A DNA stretch of 64,000 bases, taken from Felis catus (Eukaryota). Location of the stretch: assembly GCF_018350175.1 (NCBI RefSeq), contig NC_058368.1:132868001-132932000 (forward strand), read 5' to 3'. The first letter of the stretch is position 1. Each line of letters starts with the position of its first letter. The notes beneath the pieces are model-generated. The model was not told where the DNA came from. It did not search any database and was given only the letters and a program-made list of their open reading frames with translations. Of the stretch, positions 11,085 to 24,051 are shown piece by piece. The translations under genes and the position numbers were made by a program.

Positions 11085-11990
11085 GAGTAGGCTTCCTTGA
11101 GGCAGTGACATGAGCAAGGACTTGAGAAGTTAGCCATGTAGGTATCTAGGGTAAGAAGTACCAGAAAGGGAACAGCCAGTGTAAAGTTTGTAAGGTGCAA
11201 GTGTCCATAATATGTATGGGAAACAGAAGGCCAGGGTAACTAAAAGATAGTAAGCAAGATGGGAGAGCGAGAAGAGTAGTGGTCAGAGAGTGAGAGCCTT
11301 GTAGGTAATAGTATGTTCTTTGACATTTATTCTCAATGATATGGAATCATTTGGAAAGCTTTGAGCAGATCAATCAGAGCATGATCTGATTTGTATTTTA
11401 AAGATTTATGCTGGTCATGTGTGGAAACATTGTGGGTGCAAGGGTGAAAAGTAACCAGTTGGGATGTTATCTCTGATGATCGTGATAGAAGCAGTGAAAT
11501 GTGGACAGACTCTAGATGTCTTGAAGGTTGAGTCGACAGGATTTTAAGATGGGTTGCATGTGGAACCCAAGATAAGAGGTGAAGATGACCTCAGTGGTAT
11601 TGATCTATGCAAGTGGAAGGATAGAGGTGCTGACAGTCGAAAAGGGGTCATCTGTGGGAGTTGCAGTTTTTAGTGGAAAAAATCAGGTCATTTTTGGACA
11701 CGTTTTATTTGAAATAAGATACCTAGTTATTCACAGGGGTCAGGAGTTCTCAGTCAAGAGGGAACTGTGCTAGCTCTTCATATATGGGAGTTGTCAGCAC
11801 AGAGATGGTATATACAGCTGGAGATTAGAAATAGTAGCCAACGCCTTGTGTGTGAAAGACAAGAAACCCAAAGAATGAGCCCTGGGGGGCAACCCACCAC
11901 TAAGAGACCTAGAAGAAAAGAGGAAAGGTGCAAAAGATCCTGCGAAGGAAGACTCCTGAGGAAGGAAATAAACTGGTGGGGTGAAAACTT
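11085..11990 (-). mobile_element. L2 relic
   Basis: ggcttccttgaggcagtgaca...gcaagga...ttgagcag...catgatctgattt...gaaggttgagtcgacagga. Confidence 0.6.
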
Positions 11991-12288
11991 TTTTTTTTTT
12001 TTTGGCTCAGTTTTAGCTTCTCAAGAAAAGGGACCTTGTCTTGGTATCTACAGTCTTTAGCGTAGTGTCTTACACTGTGTGCAGTTGGTACATATTTGCT
12101 GAATAATACAAAGTATAGGTAATTTCAGTGTGGCCCATGTTTTGTTTGACATACCTAAGCAGTATGTAAAAGGCATTTGAAAATTCTTTTTTGAAGTTAA
12201 GGAGAGGGCAGGGTACCAGAGATACAGATTTGGAACCTGTAGGGATTGAAGTCATAGTAAATGCAGTGCTAGCAATTTATACAAGTAG

Positions 12289-12331
12289 AAAAGTATTTCA
12301 AAAGTAATTCAAAAGTATTTCAAAAGTAATT
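12289..12331. repeat. 11-bp tandem repeat x4 (aaaagta(t/a)ttc)
   Basis: The two variants alternate, equivalent to a duplicated 22-mer. Confidence 0.85.
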
Positions 12332-13160
12332 GTTTATGGAAAAATTATTACTATGTATCTGAAAGCTGAAGATGATTTAGAATTACTAATTTCATAGATA
12401 AGGATTGGTTACTTTTTATAAACCTCAAGCTATGGAATAAAGTACTTTAAATTTTTTAAAATATAAAATATATGTTTATTTGTGGAAGATGATAAAAACA
12501 TTACTTTTCCATGAAATATTAAAATTATAGAAATCTAATATAGAACTCTTGAAATTATTATTTCTCCACATAAAAGTTTAGATCAGTAAAACATACCAAA
12601 CTAATTGGTCTTTTTTCTCCTTAGTAGACTTGATCATGTACTAAAAATATTATAGCTCTTGGATAATATCTTTTATATAGACAGTTTCATGACACTTTAA
12701 GGACTTAAAAAGGCCAAAGAAATGAGATATTTAGCTAAGTTTTCAAATGAAGTGGGTGCTAATGAAAACTGTGGAATGCCCTTCCCCTGCCACTCCTCTA
12801 AAATGTGGAATGTTTTATTTTAAAAATAAGTATTTGATAAGAATAATAAAAAAAGTATCCCCCAAGTGGGATGCTCTGCAGATACTCAAAGTTACTTCAG
12901 TATTTGAAAATGAATTTGTATAATTCACCACATCAAGAGCCATGTAATTAACTCAGTAATTGCATTCCTTGGTGTTTACAGAAGAGAAATGAAATATATG
13001 TTTATGGAGTGAATTGTTTTAACAGATGTTCATTGCACCTTTTTCCTAATATTCCAAACCCTTTGTCTTTTTTGCCCTTTTCTTCCGTGTCTCCCACTTC
13101 TGGCCCCTGAGCACCGCATCTACCTTGGAAACCCTGCTGCCACCCCCATACAATTTTTTT

Positions 13161-13242
13161 TTTGAAAATTTTATTTTTTATATTATTTTTTAAATTTACA
13201 TCCAAGTTAGTTAGCATACATCCAAGTTAGTTAGCATATAGT
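13161..13242 (-). mobile_element. Tiny L1 3'-terminal fragment with internal 20-bp tandem duplication
   Basis: acatccaagttagttagcat twice (13198-13237); reverse complement resembles the L1 tail at 2370-2390; flanked by caattttttt on both sides. Confidence 0.6.
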
Positions 13243-13244
13243 CA

Positions 13245-13432
13245 ATTTTTTTTTAATGTTTGTTTATTTTTGAGAGCAAGAGCAAGAGCTAGCACTGCAA
13301 GTTGGGGAGGGGCAGAGAGAGAGGGAGACCGAGGATCCGAAGTGGACTCTGTGCTGACTTTAGCACTGAACCATGAGATCATGACCTGAGCCAAAGTCCG
13401 ACGCTTAACCAACTGAGCCACCCAGGCACCCC
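13245..13432 (-). mobile_element. CAN-SINE
   Basis: Consensus-like, with an internal deletion. Confidence 0.88.
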
Positions 13433-13613
13433 CAAGTTTTTTAAAAGTATAAAGTCATTTTAGCAAAGGGGTACTGTTTTAATCTATTAAAGTGTTTTTA
13501 ATGTGTCCTCAACAGAATTACCACTTGAGACAAATTATTTGTCTCACATTATTTAAAGGACTGATAAGAATTTAACTCCTAAAGAACATGATTCAGTAAC
13601 CTTAAATATTTTG

Positions 13614-13625
13614 TTGTTGTTGTTG

Positions 13626-13679
<54 letters not shown>

Positions 13680-13825
13680 CAAGCCAGGAGGCGCAGAGGG
13701 AGAGGGACAGAAAGATTCTCAGTACAGAGCCCAGACTCAGGGCTCAATGTCAGGACTGTGAGATTGGGACCTGAGCCAAAATTCAGGAGTTGGACGCCCA
13801 ACTCTCTGAACCACCCAGGTACTCC
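13614..13825 (-). mobile_element. CAN-SINE with (GA)n microsatellite (about 13629-13677)
   Basis: Flanked by cctta(a/c)atattttg. Confidence 0.88.
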
Positions 13826-14554
13826 TTACATATTTTGTATGTAAATGAATGAGAGAAAAGAAGGAAGAAAATTAGTGTAAAAAAATAGGGATGTTATGGG
13901 TAGTAAGTCAAATTTAGCAAATGTTTGTTGTGCAAAAAGGTAAAATATACTAAATAGTTATAAGTGCTTTGAATAGAAAATCTAAGCAACGTGAATAAAA
14001 CCTCTTAGCAGTAACGGAAGAAACATAGATAATATTAATTCATTGTATACATACACTAAAATGTATAATTGAGGTGTTAAATTTCTAGGTAAAAGGGATG
14101 CTTTGTAGATCAGTATTTCCAATTCGTGACTTCAAATAGGGTTAAGTTTTTATTTAACCAATAAGAAAATTCTTGTCCCCCATTACCTCCAAAAGCAACA
14201 TCTCTCACATTCTTATTGCTACCATTGTATTAAAAAGTAAGTTTTCACTCAAAAGAAAAAGAGTGAATAGTATAAAGCCACTAAATTTTAAAACTTAGAT
14301 GAAATGAAAAATAAATTTCCAGAATCAACTCAAGAAGCAGAAAACTTGAAAAGACCAGTGAATACAGTATTAAATTGGGTAGTCAGAAAAACCACCAAGC
14401 CTACTTTTAAGAGCAAGTTTGACTAAACCTTCATGGAATTTGGATAATCACTTATTTATAAAAAACTATCATGTAGATTAGGGTAATGGGGGAAAGTAAA
14501 CAACTCTATAAGGGTAAAATATACTTTCATAACAAAACTAGATAAAGACTGTTT

Positions 14555-14672
14555 GGGGCACCTGGGTGGCTCAGTTGGTTAAGTATCCAACTCTTGATCT
14601 TGGCTCAGGTCTTCATCTCGGGGTTATGAGTTCAAGCCCCACATTGGGCTCCATGCTGGGCATGAAGCCTAC
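14555..14672 (+). mobile_element. Short CAN-SINE variant (tRNA head only)
   Basis: ggggcacctgggtggctcagttggttaag...aagcctac. Confidence 0.85.
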
Positions 14673-14749
14673 ATATGTAACGTACATGCATACATAACAA
14701 AAGTATTAAAAAAAAATGGACCATTTACATTGCAATGCTGGAAATCCTA

Positions 14750-15058
14750 TGCTGGGATGACAGGAATCACTCTGCCATAGATCTCATCCTCCATCAGGCT
14801 AGCCCAAGTGATCCCAGCCATGTTCTCACAGAGCAATAAGATGAGTCTGAGAGGTAGTGGAAATTATCCAGAACTTATTTAAACCCTTGATTTCATCCAC
14901 TCTGTTAATGTTTTATGGTCAAAGCTGAACACATGGCTGAGCCCAGAATCAGGAATAGGGAAATTATATTTAATATTTTGATGGAAAAAGTTGAAACACC
15001 ACATTGTAGAGAGTGAGATAGGGAGCAAAATCCATCAATGCAATCAATCTATCACACA
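14750..15058. mobile_element. MLT1-like (MaLR) LTR fragment
   Basis: tctcatcctccatcaggctagccc...ggtcaaagc...cacatggctgagcccagaatca...aatctatcaca. Confidence 0.55.
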
Positions 15059-15265
15059 TACCTAGAAATGAACTTTACAGAAAATGGGCTGTACAATCTA
15101 AATGGAAGAAAAGCATGAAACTATGGAATACATCAGTAGAAGAATGTAAAAGAAAAGATTGTCTAGAAACATAACCATGAGAGAATTTGGAATATGACAG
15201 AGGTGCCTCTAGAAATCAATGGAATAAGGAAAACAACTATTTTGTAAGCATTAGAACAATGTTTT

Positions 15266-15444
15266 GTTTTGTTTTGAATGTTTGTTTATTTTTGAGAGAG
15301 TGAGTGGGGGATGGGGACTCAGGATCCGAAGCCAGCTCCTTGCTGCCAGCAGTGAGCCCAATGCAGGGCTCCAAGTCAAGAACCACGAAATCGTGACACA
15401 AGCCAAAGTCTGTTGCTCAAATGACTGAGCCACCCAGGTGCATC
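15266..15444 (-). mobile_element. CAN-SINE
   Basis: TSD gaacaatgtttt. Confidence 0.88.
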
Positions 15445-16000
15445 TGGAACAATGTTTTTATATGAGAAATAGAACAAACAAAGGTATTCTTCATAGTATG
15501 TGCTAAAATAAATTGCAAAATGAATTAAGGCTAATAGTACAAGAAACAAGTTACAATTAACAGAAAATGTAGGAGAGTATTTTTATGACTTCGAGATAGA
15601 AAAGATAACTCGTTCAAGATATAAGAAGCATAGTAGTAAGGGAATGAAATTTCAATATGACAAAATAGGTAAATAAAAACACATGACAATGTGTGAGAAA
15701 AACTTGCTGTACTAATATTTCTAAAGAATGGTTACAGTCAATAATGAAAAGATAATCCAGTAGAAAAATGTGTAGTAGACAAGGTGTTCAAGAAGAAAGA
15801 AAAAATGATCACTAAACACATGAAAAGGTATTGGGCATCATTAGAAAATACCTAGAAAGTATATTCAGTATCACTAGAAAATATCAAGAACATACCTAGC
15901 TTTAATTTAAATTTAAATTTATATTATTGCTGGTGAGGTTCAACCCCTTACCTTGGCATTTAAAGATAATAGTGGATGTCAACAAGAATATGTATAAATA

Positions 16001-16185
16001 GCAGCACCTGGGTGGCTTATTTGGTTAAGCACCCAACTCTTTTGATTTTGGCTCGGGTCATCATTTTGCAGTTTGTGAGTTTGAGCCCCGCTTCAGGCTC
16101 CACGATGGTGGCATGGAGCCTGCTTGGGTTCTTCTCTCTCTTCCTCTCTTTCTCTCTGCCCCTCCCCTCTTGTGCTTGCACAGGT

Positions 16186-16230
<45 letters not shown>

Positions 16231-16255
16231 AATAAGTTAATGAACTTTAAAACAA
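16001..16255 (+). mobile_element. CAN-SINE with expanded (CT)n
   Basis: Consensus-like. Confidence 0.88.
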
Positions 16256-16664
16256 AAATAGAATATGTATAGATGCTGTGGTATGAAACTTGGCATTGCC
16301 ACCCTGGAGAGGAGTTTGGAAGTATCTGGTGACATTGATAACTGCCATGTCCAATTCAAGTAGTAAAGAAAGAGAAAGCAAAGGTTCTCCCTTCAAAACC
16401 CAAGAGCTCACTTTACGTTAGCCAATTTGACAATATATTAACAAAAACAGAAAAAAAAGAGCATGTATTTTTAGTGGTAGGCTGGTAAATAAACTTCTAA
16501 AGATAGATAAATACATGTTAGCCTGTTTGAAATTGTCTGTGTATTCTCAGTTTTGTTGTTGTTTTTTTTTTTTTCATTCTTTTTTTTCTCCTGTGTTTCA
16601 GATTGGCTAATTTTTGTTGCCATGACTTCTGGCTCACTGAAATTTTCTCCTACAGTGTCTAGTC

Positions 16665-16898
16665 TTTTTTTCTTTTTTAAAATATGTTTATTTTTGAGAG
16701 AGCGTGAGAGGGAGGGTGGGAGATGGGGGACAGGAAAGAGAGAGAGAGAGAGAGAGAGAGAATATCTGAAGCAGGCTCTGGGCTCTGAGTTACGAGCACA
16801 GAGCCCGACACGGGGCTCGAACCAACAAACCTCGAGATCGTGACCTGAGCTGAAGTCAGATGCTTAACTGCTTAATTGACTGAGCCAACCAGGCACCC
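16665..16898 (-). mobile_element. CAN-SINE
   Basis: Consensus-like. Confidence 0.88.
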
Positions 16899-16999
16899 TG
16901 TGTAATCTTCTTTTAATCCTGTCCTGTGGATTTTTCATTTAGATAGTTTATTTTTCATTTGTGAAGTTTCTGTTTATTTCTTAAATAATGTACCATTTT

Positions 17000-17227
17000 G
17001 GGGCACCTGCATTGTTCGGTTGGTTAAGCGTCTGACTTTAGTTCAGGTCATGATCTCACAGTTCATGAGTTCAAGCCCCGCGTCGGGCTCCGTGCTGACA
17101 GCTTGGGGCCTGGAATCAGCTTCTGATTCTGTGTCTCCCTCTCTCTCTCTCTCTCTCTCTGCCCCTCTACCACTCACTCTCTGTCTCTCTCTCTCTCAAA
17201 AATAAATAAAGATTAAAAATAAAAAAT
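17000..17227 (+). mobile_element. CAN-SINE
   Basis: TSD ataatgt(a/t)ccatttt. Confidence 0.9.
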
Positions 17228-17394
17228 AGATAATGTTCCATTTTTCCCCCTTTAAGAATAGTAACTGTTTTGAAGTCCTTTTGTGTCTGAGTCTGTTTTT
17301 AGTAACTGAGCAGTCGTAATCTTTTATAGTGAAACATTTCAAGCATTCACAAAAGTAGAATAATAGAATAAGCCTGTATACCTATCAATTTCAG

Positions 17395-17520
17395 CATTAT
17401 CAGTATCTTAAATACCTCCTACCTCCATCTCTCTTACCTCCTCCATTATCAGTATCTTAAATACCTCCTACCTCTCATCTCTTAAATACCTCCTAACTCT
17501 ACCTCCATCCATACCTCCTA
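17395..17520. repeat. Local compound duplication (atacctccta-based)
   Basis: 31-mer cattatcagtatcttaaatacctcctacctc at 17395 and 17444; partial copies at 17480 and 17511. Confidence 0.9.
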
Positions 17521-17819
17521 TTTTGGCCATCTCTGATTGTTTGAAAGCAAATCGTGGATAACCTTTTTCATACATAAGTGTGTCAAGATGAAATCACTCT
17601 ATTGCCATACTTAAACCCAGCTAACAGTAATTCCTTAATATCATAAGATATCCATCATTGCTTATATTTGCTGATTTGGAGATTTACATGAACTCTATAA
17701 ATTTCAGCAAAAGTTCCTAAAACTGAAATTGAGAAAATGAATTATTTTGACTGTTAGAGAAATTGAATTTGTAATAAAAACAATGGTACTAAAACCTTCC
17801 CGTAGGAATCATTGAGCCC

Positions 17820-18430
17820 AGATTTCTTTAATTGAAATTTTTATTGAGATAATTGTAAATGCATGTACAGTTCTAAGAATTATAGAGTAATCCTATGTGC
17901 TTGTTACCCAATGGTAACTTTTTGTAATATTCTAGAACAAGATAGATACTGACATTGATACAGTCTCCCAGTTGTACTCTTGGGTCTCTTACCTGAGTAG
18001 CTCTCAATCTTCCTTTTGTCTTTTTTGACCTTGATAGTTTTAAAGTTAGTTGCCAGTTCCACAGTGGAATTTCCCTAAATTTGGATTTGTTTGATGTTTG
18101 CTATGATTAACTTCATGTTACATATTTTTGGCAAGAATATGAGAGTAATGATATTGCATCTTCTCAGTGCATCTTAGATTAGGTGCCACATGATGATGCT
18201 GGTAACTAGTGATGCTAACTTTGAAGCAGTTTAGGACGGTGCCTGTGAGATTTCTTCACTATAATTGCTCTATTCCTTTTAGGATTAGTAAGTATCTTTT
18301 TTGGAGAAACTTTGAGACTATATTAATATCCAATTTTTCATCAATATTTTACCCACTAATATTATATGAATTTTGACTGGACAGTTATTACTGCACTATT
18401 TGCCAGTTGGTGATTTTGTGCCATTCATAT
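17820..18430 (-). mobile_element. Old L1 (L1MC/MD-like) fragments
   Basis: tttattgagataattgtaaatgcatgtacagtt...gacattgatacagt...atttttggcaagaata... Confidence 0.55.
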
Positions 18431-18499
18431 TTCATCACCTGAAATCCTGTGTTTGGCACTGTGGTAAACTTGCTTACTTAGAATGATATAGTGACGAGG

Positions 18500-18714
18500 A
18501 TGTGTGGGTGGCTCAGTTGGTTAAGCATCTGACTTTAGCTCGGGTCACGATCTCACAGTTCATGGGTTCGAGCCCTGTGTCAGTCTCTGTGTTACCAGCT
18601 CAGAGCCTGCAGCTTGCTTCAGATTCTGTGCCTCCTTTTCTCTGTGTTCCTACCCTGCTCGCACTCTGTCTCTCTCTCCAAAACAAATAAACATTAAAAA
18701 ATTTTTTTAAAAAA
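18500..18714 (+). mobile_element. CAN-SINE
   Basis: TSD agaatgata(t/c)ag. Confidence 0.9.
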
Positions 18715-19519
18715 GAATGATACAGGGATGAAGTTGAAAGAAGTTTAAATGATCTTTTAGTGTCAACCATGTGGAATAATCATACTGTGTCATTACAGGA
18801 ATGAATCTTACAAACAGTTTTTGGAATATTTGAAAAAGATTTCACATTCTTTTAGTTTGGATTACAACATTGCTACTTAAAGTTTGTGAGTTATTCACAA
18901 ATTATTAATATATTTTTGCAGAGATAGTTTGTGAAAATAAGAGTAGGTGCTTAGAAAGCTTACTGTAATTTGGCTTGTCACAACATTTGTATGGTATTTT
19001 ACAGAAATTTTGCTCAGCAGCTGCCTTCTGGCATATCTGCTGTCATATCAAACATATATATTTTTTTTAACCTCTTCTATCTTCAGCTTTGTTTTCAGTT
19101 TTGTCCTTACATATATACATATGTTAGGGGCCACCTTAATTTGGAGCCCAGCATTAAAAAAAGTAATTCATCTTTGTACAGCAGAAAAATAGGTAGATTG
19201 CTAAGTGTTCTGCATTTTGTATCCTTCACATCATCAAATAGAGAAGGTATTAACTAATTTTCAGAAGAACTCAAGGAAAAAAAGGCAGATAAAATTAGTA
19301 ATTGACAGTTATAAAGAGGCACATGAAAAAAGATGAAGAGAAAAGAGAGAAATCGTTGTAGAGGTAGTTCTGTTAGATTGATGTTGGTGTCAATTTATCT
19401 AGATCCTACTTAGTTGGTAAATTTTGAATCTGCAAGGTATATGGTAATTTTATGTTATTATTTTATCTTTTATAAAAGATCCTTTTAATTTGATTATTGA
19501 TTATCTGTTCATTTTCTAG

Positions 19520-19598
19520 GAATACAGGAATTTCCAGAAAATATAAAAAATTGTAAAGTTTTGACAGTTGTGGAGGCCAGTGTAAACCCTATTTCCAA
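19520..19598 (+). CDS. ERBIN: ERBIN coding exon 3 (LRR)
   Basis: ttttctag|GA; (G)[25 protein letters not shown](K); donor AA|gtaagt; 79 nt. Confidence 0.97.
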
Positions 19599-20580
19599 GT
19601 AAGTTCTCAGTTGAGTTATAAGTTACTTTTGTGAATAAAACATCTATGAGATAGTAGTAGAAAATTGCTTTCTATATTTTAATGATTAGTTGATATCAGC
19701 CTTAAATCTGTACAAAATTTTAATGTTAGATTAAAAAGAAACCTCTTAAGTATTTTTTCTAAACCCATATTTTACAAAAGTAAATTAGACATCCAAACAG
19801 ATAACGCAGGTGTTTTGTTCCAGGTCTCGCAGATAGTTTGTATCAGAAACGAGGCTAGAATCCAGGTCTCCTTGTTCAGTGATATTTGCACAATGTAAGA
19901 ATATCTTCACTTGCAAATCAGCTGTGCAGCACATTAAAACTTTCGAAAATAATAAAAGACAGTGAAAGATCAAGAAGGTAAAAACAACAACAAAACCATG
20001 TGATTGGTTACACCGTATACCAGAGGTCATAAATATTCTTTTATGATGGTAGTGGCTATAAATAGAACGCTTTCCTGACACCAAAACTGTTAAATTTTGC
20101 AAAAATGGAATGGTGAAACAAAAGATGAATAGAGCATAGCTTAATATAGCTAAGTCGAACACTAAAACCAACTTTCATGTATTACAGTACTGTATTTAAT
20201 GAGTTTTTCTGAACAGTGATGCTTCATTTGCTGTGGTAGATGAAGGAGTGTGATGTAGGAGAGAAACAACATCAGTCAAAGACTCTGGGATGTCTCACTG
20301 CAAGAGAATTTTGTACTTGTTAAAATCCAGGAAAAACATGTACAGATGATGTTTCATCTTTAGCTGAAAATATTCCTCTAGCATCCAGTTATAGATCTGT
20401 AGTTTGTTTTGCAAACCAGAGGAAATAAAGGTAAAGTTAATACATACATAGATTCTCAGATGGCCTTAAGATTTTATTTAGCTTTTTTAAATTATTTCTT
20501 TTCATTTGCTTATTATAAAATTATGCAGTCTTTTTGTGATTGTTTAAGGGCCTGATGTTGAAATTGAAAATAATCTCAAC

Positions 20581-20802
20581 TAGTGGTTCTCAAATGGGAA
20601 TGATTTTGCCCCTAAGGATCATTTAGCAAATTCTGGAGACAATTTTGGTTTTTACAACATGTGGGGGGTAGGTGGTGCTCCTGGCTTCTCATGGCTGAAG
20701 GCCAGGGTTGCTGCTAAACATACTACAGTGCAGAAGACAGCCTCCCCACTACAAAGAATTATCCAGCCCCAAAAGTCAAAACTGTCAAGGTTTGGAATTC
20801 CT
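20581..20802 (+). mobile_element. MER20 (hAT-Charlie MITE)
   Basis: tagtggttctcaa...gattttgcccc...ggccagggttgctgctaaacat...aagaattatccagccccaaa resembles the MER20 consensus. Confidence 0.85.
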
Positions 20803-21166
20803 TATCTAATCCTTTGGGCTGATGTTATAGATAAGGCAGATTTCAGTAGTGTCTGCTGATGTCATAGTTATGTACTAAATACATTTCTCTGTATTTTGGC
20901 TCATTCAGACTTGATCTTTTAATGCACATTTTATCTTCTTGAGACAAATACTGTTTCATTTCCTTTTTACAAAGAGATGAAATTATAAACATTGAAACAG
21001 ACAAATTATTACAAAAGGGAAATGTTTGAAGATGCCTCATAAAAGTAAAAAGGTGCCTGTTATCTGTTAAGAGCATGTGCTGGGTAGACACATTCTTAGA
21101 GAGATTCAGTAAGAGACTGAAATTCTGTGTATTAATTTAACTTAAATTCTGATATATTTTATATAG

Positions 21167-21256
21167 GCTTCCTGATGGATTTTCTCAGCTGTTAAACCTA
21201 ACCCAGCTATATCTAAATGATGCTTTCCTTGAGTTCTTGCCAGCTAATTTCGGCAG
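21167..21256 (+). CDS. ERBIN: ERBIN coding exon 4 (LRR)
   Basis: atatag|[30 protein letters not shown](R); donor AG|gtaaat; 90 nt. Confidence 0.97.
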
Positions 21257-21801
21257 GTAAATTACAGTTTCTTCTGAAAGCTTTTCTTGTTAACTCTTAC
21301 AAAGGTTACAAAACAAGTTGCTTCAGTTATACTATTAATTACACTTTCATAGGCTCTTCTTTTGTAATTATTTTCAAGCATTGTGGTTTTTATAGTTTTT
21401 TCAGAACTTGTTATTTTGTCTTTGAATTTATTTTCCCAAGTAAATTATAAGCAGTGAATATTGAGAAGAAAAGGCAATGTAAGACTTGAATTGGTATTTA
21501 TTTAAAATATGCAAAAATGGTTTAAATGTGGGTAATTTCTGTATATTTGAGATACAGAATGCTTTATTCTTAGCATTTATCACATCTGAAAATGATCTGA
21601 TTATTGATTTATATGTTTTCTCCATTGGACTCAGAGTTCTGGAGAAAAGAAAGTGTGTTTCCAGGGTCTACCCCATTACACACCTCTACCAATATCTGAA
21701 CATGCAGTTCTTCTTGTCATTATAGTGTCTGAGTAATTTTTCTTAATGAAAAGACAAATCAGTGAATGAATGAATAATAGGTATCAAATTATTACTGTTT
21801 T

Positions 21802-22023
21802 TATTTTTATTTTTTTTAATGTCTATTTATTTATTGAAAGAGAGTGAAAGAGAGAACATGTGAGCATGGGAGGGCAGAGAGAGAGGGAGAGGGAATCCCA
21901 AGCAGGCTGTCGTGGTGTCAGCTCAGAGCCTGATGCAGGACTCAATTTCACGAACCATGAGATCATGACCTGAGTCAAAATCCAGAGTCGGATGCTTCAC
22001 CAGCCGAGCCACCCAAGAGCCCC
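21802..22023 (-). mobile_element. CAN-SINE
   Basis: TSD aattattactgttttt. Confidence 0.9.
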
Positions 22024-22103
22024 AGAATTATTACTGTTTTTAAACTAATTACTAGAGAAAGTGCTGTTCAGTGGCACGCTAATTTTACCTTTTAGTCTAT
22101 AAA

Positions 22104-22513
22104 TAAAGACAGTACTGTATGATCTCACTTATGTGTGGAATCTTAAAGAAAAAAACAAAACAAAAGTTGAGCTTCTTAGATGCAGAGAGAACAGATTGGT
22201 GGTTGCCATTGGGTGAGAGTGGGCAAAATTGGTAAAGGTGGTCAAAAAGTACCAGTTATAAAATAAATTACGAGTATATATGTACAGCATGGTGGCTATA
22301 GTTAACAATGCTGAATTGCATATTTGGAAGTTGCTAAGAGAATAGATCTCAGAAGTTCTCATCATAAGAAAAAAACTTTTGTAACTATGGTGATCGATGT
22401 TAACTATACTTACTTTGGTGATCATTTCACACTATATACAAATATCACATCATTATGTTGTATACCTGAAACTAATAATGTCATATGTCAACTATATTTC
22501 AATTAAGAAAAAA
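22104..22513 (+). mobile_element. Older L1 (L1MA-like) 3' end
   Basis: tactgtatgatctcacttatgtgtggaatc...gtacagcatggtggctatagttaacaat...cctgaaactaat...tcaattaagaaaaaa is a typical L1MA 3'UTR. Confidence 0.8.
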
Positions 22514-22732
22514 TGAATTCTGGGCATTGTGGTCCAGTGACTGTTTTGTAGGAGCTATGTTATCATGCTACATATATTTATATACAAACACCTATATATA
22601 TGTATATATGTAATATGCATATACATTATATATGTAAATATATAAAAATTAGTGTACTTGATAGATTCCTTTTCTGTGTCTGGCTTTTGGACCACTTTTT
22701 TAAAAAAAATTTTTGACACATAGTTTAAGTTT

Positions 22733-22808
22733 AAGGTATACAAATGTGTTAAGGTATACAAAGGCATGCAGTGTATACAAAGGTATACAGTGTGTTAAGG
22801 TATACAAA
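22733..22808. repeat. aaggtataca motif reiterated inside an L1MA-like minus-strand tail
   Basis: Four copies plus one variant within about 75 bp. Confidence 0.75.
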
Positions 22809-23298
22809 TATAAACAAATATGTTGATTTGATACATTTATGTTTTGTAATATGATTAACATTGTGGTATTAGCTAGTACCTCTGGACTGCCTAATCTGCT
22901 CATTTTCCCTCTAATTTTTTTGGAATGTGCATCACTGAACAGCCAGAGGATTTCCCCTTTTTTATATCACCTTACATTCTTTTATTCTTTTTTCTCTCAG
23001 AGCAAGACTCTGGAGATGAATTATTGTTCTCTAATCTACTACCGGCTAATAATTTGGGAAGGCATTTTCACAGAAAATGCTGTAGGATTTATATTTAAGT
23101 ACATTATGTGCTTTAAGTATGTAGAAGTGTTTAACTGTCCCCCTCCCCCACTAATTCTGAGGAGCAGAAATCGTCTTTTCTTACTTTATAATTACACAAT
23201 AAATATTGGTTGCTTTGAAACTGTAGGGCGTGACATTACATCATAATTAAATTCATTGTCTTTGCCATAGATTATTGATTTGTTGTTTTGTTTTGCAG

Positions 23299-23355
23299 AT
23301 TAACTAAACTCCAGATATTAGAGCTTAGAGAAAACCAGTTGAAAATGTTGCCAAA
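23299..23355 (+). CDS. ERBIN: ERBIN coding exon 5 (LRR)
   Basis: ttttgcag|A; LTKLQILELRENQLKMLP(K); donor AA|gtaagt; 57 nt. Confidence 0.97.
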
Positions 23356-23404
23356 GTAAGTAAAGGTGTTATCCTTTCTAAAATAAGAATTTTTAAGTAA
23401 TTCT

Positions 23405-23519
23405 TAAAGATTTATTTTTGAAGATTTTTAAGTAATCTCTACACCCGATGAGAGGCTTGAATTTACAACCCCCTAGAGCAGAAGTCACATGCCCTACTAA
23501 CTGAGCCAGCCAGGCACCC
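23405..23519 (-). mobile_element. Short CAN-SINE variant
   Basis: aagtaatctctacaccc...ctgagccagccaggcaccc; 50 bp after the exon donor. Confidence 0.8.
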
Positions 23520-24051
23520 AAAAATTTTGAATTCTTACATCCTTAGAGAAATGTTAACTTTGTAATACCTAAAATATGAGTGAAAATTATTTTAAAAGAC
23601 TGACATTTGTGGTCATATTTTAATTAGTATTGAATATAAAACTTTTGCAGCTGTTGGTATTTTGTAGTGATTTCATAGCTTTCTGGAACTCTGTCTTGTG
23701 TTAAAATATGAAAATAATATGTACATAAAGCCCACCTGAGTCCCCAATATAGGTCCCAGTTCATATACTAGAGCTTTCATATATAGGACTCGTTAGTGAG
23801 ATCGATAGGGTCTTCATGTGAAGTCGAGTAACTATAATTTCTAAGAATTTGTCTGGTTTTGTAGTCTATTGTAAATTAGAAGTGGGATGGAGGGCCCCCT
23901 ACTGGTAAGCTAACATCAGAAGAGATGGCCATCCAAGAGCAAATAAGATAAAACTAAAACAGATCTACAGACTCAAAGTGCCCTGTAGTCTATGTCCATT
24001 TAGGAGTACCTTAAAACTCACTGAATTCATTGCTACATTCTTACAGTGTAA

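Noticed and set aside
22839..23246. 135-aa hydrophobic + ORF (and similar ORFs at 35156-35545, 41955-42353, 62506-62838)
   Set aside because: Low-complexity F/L/I-rich translations of T-rich intron or decayed repeats; no splice-consistent structure or recognisable domain.
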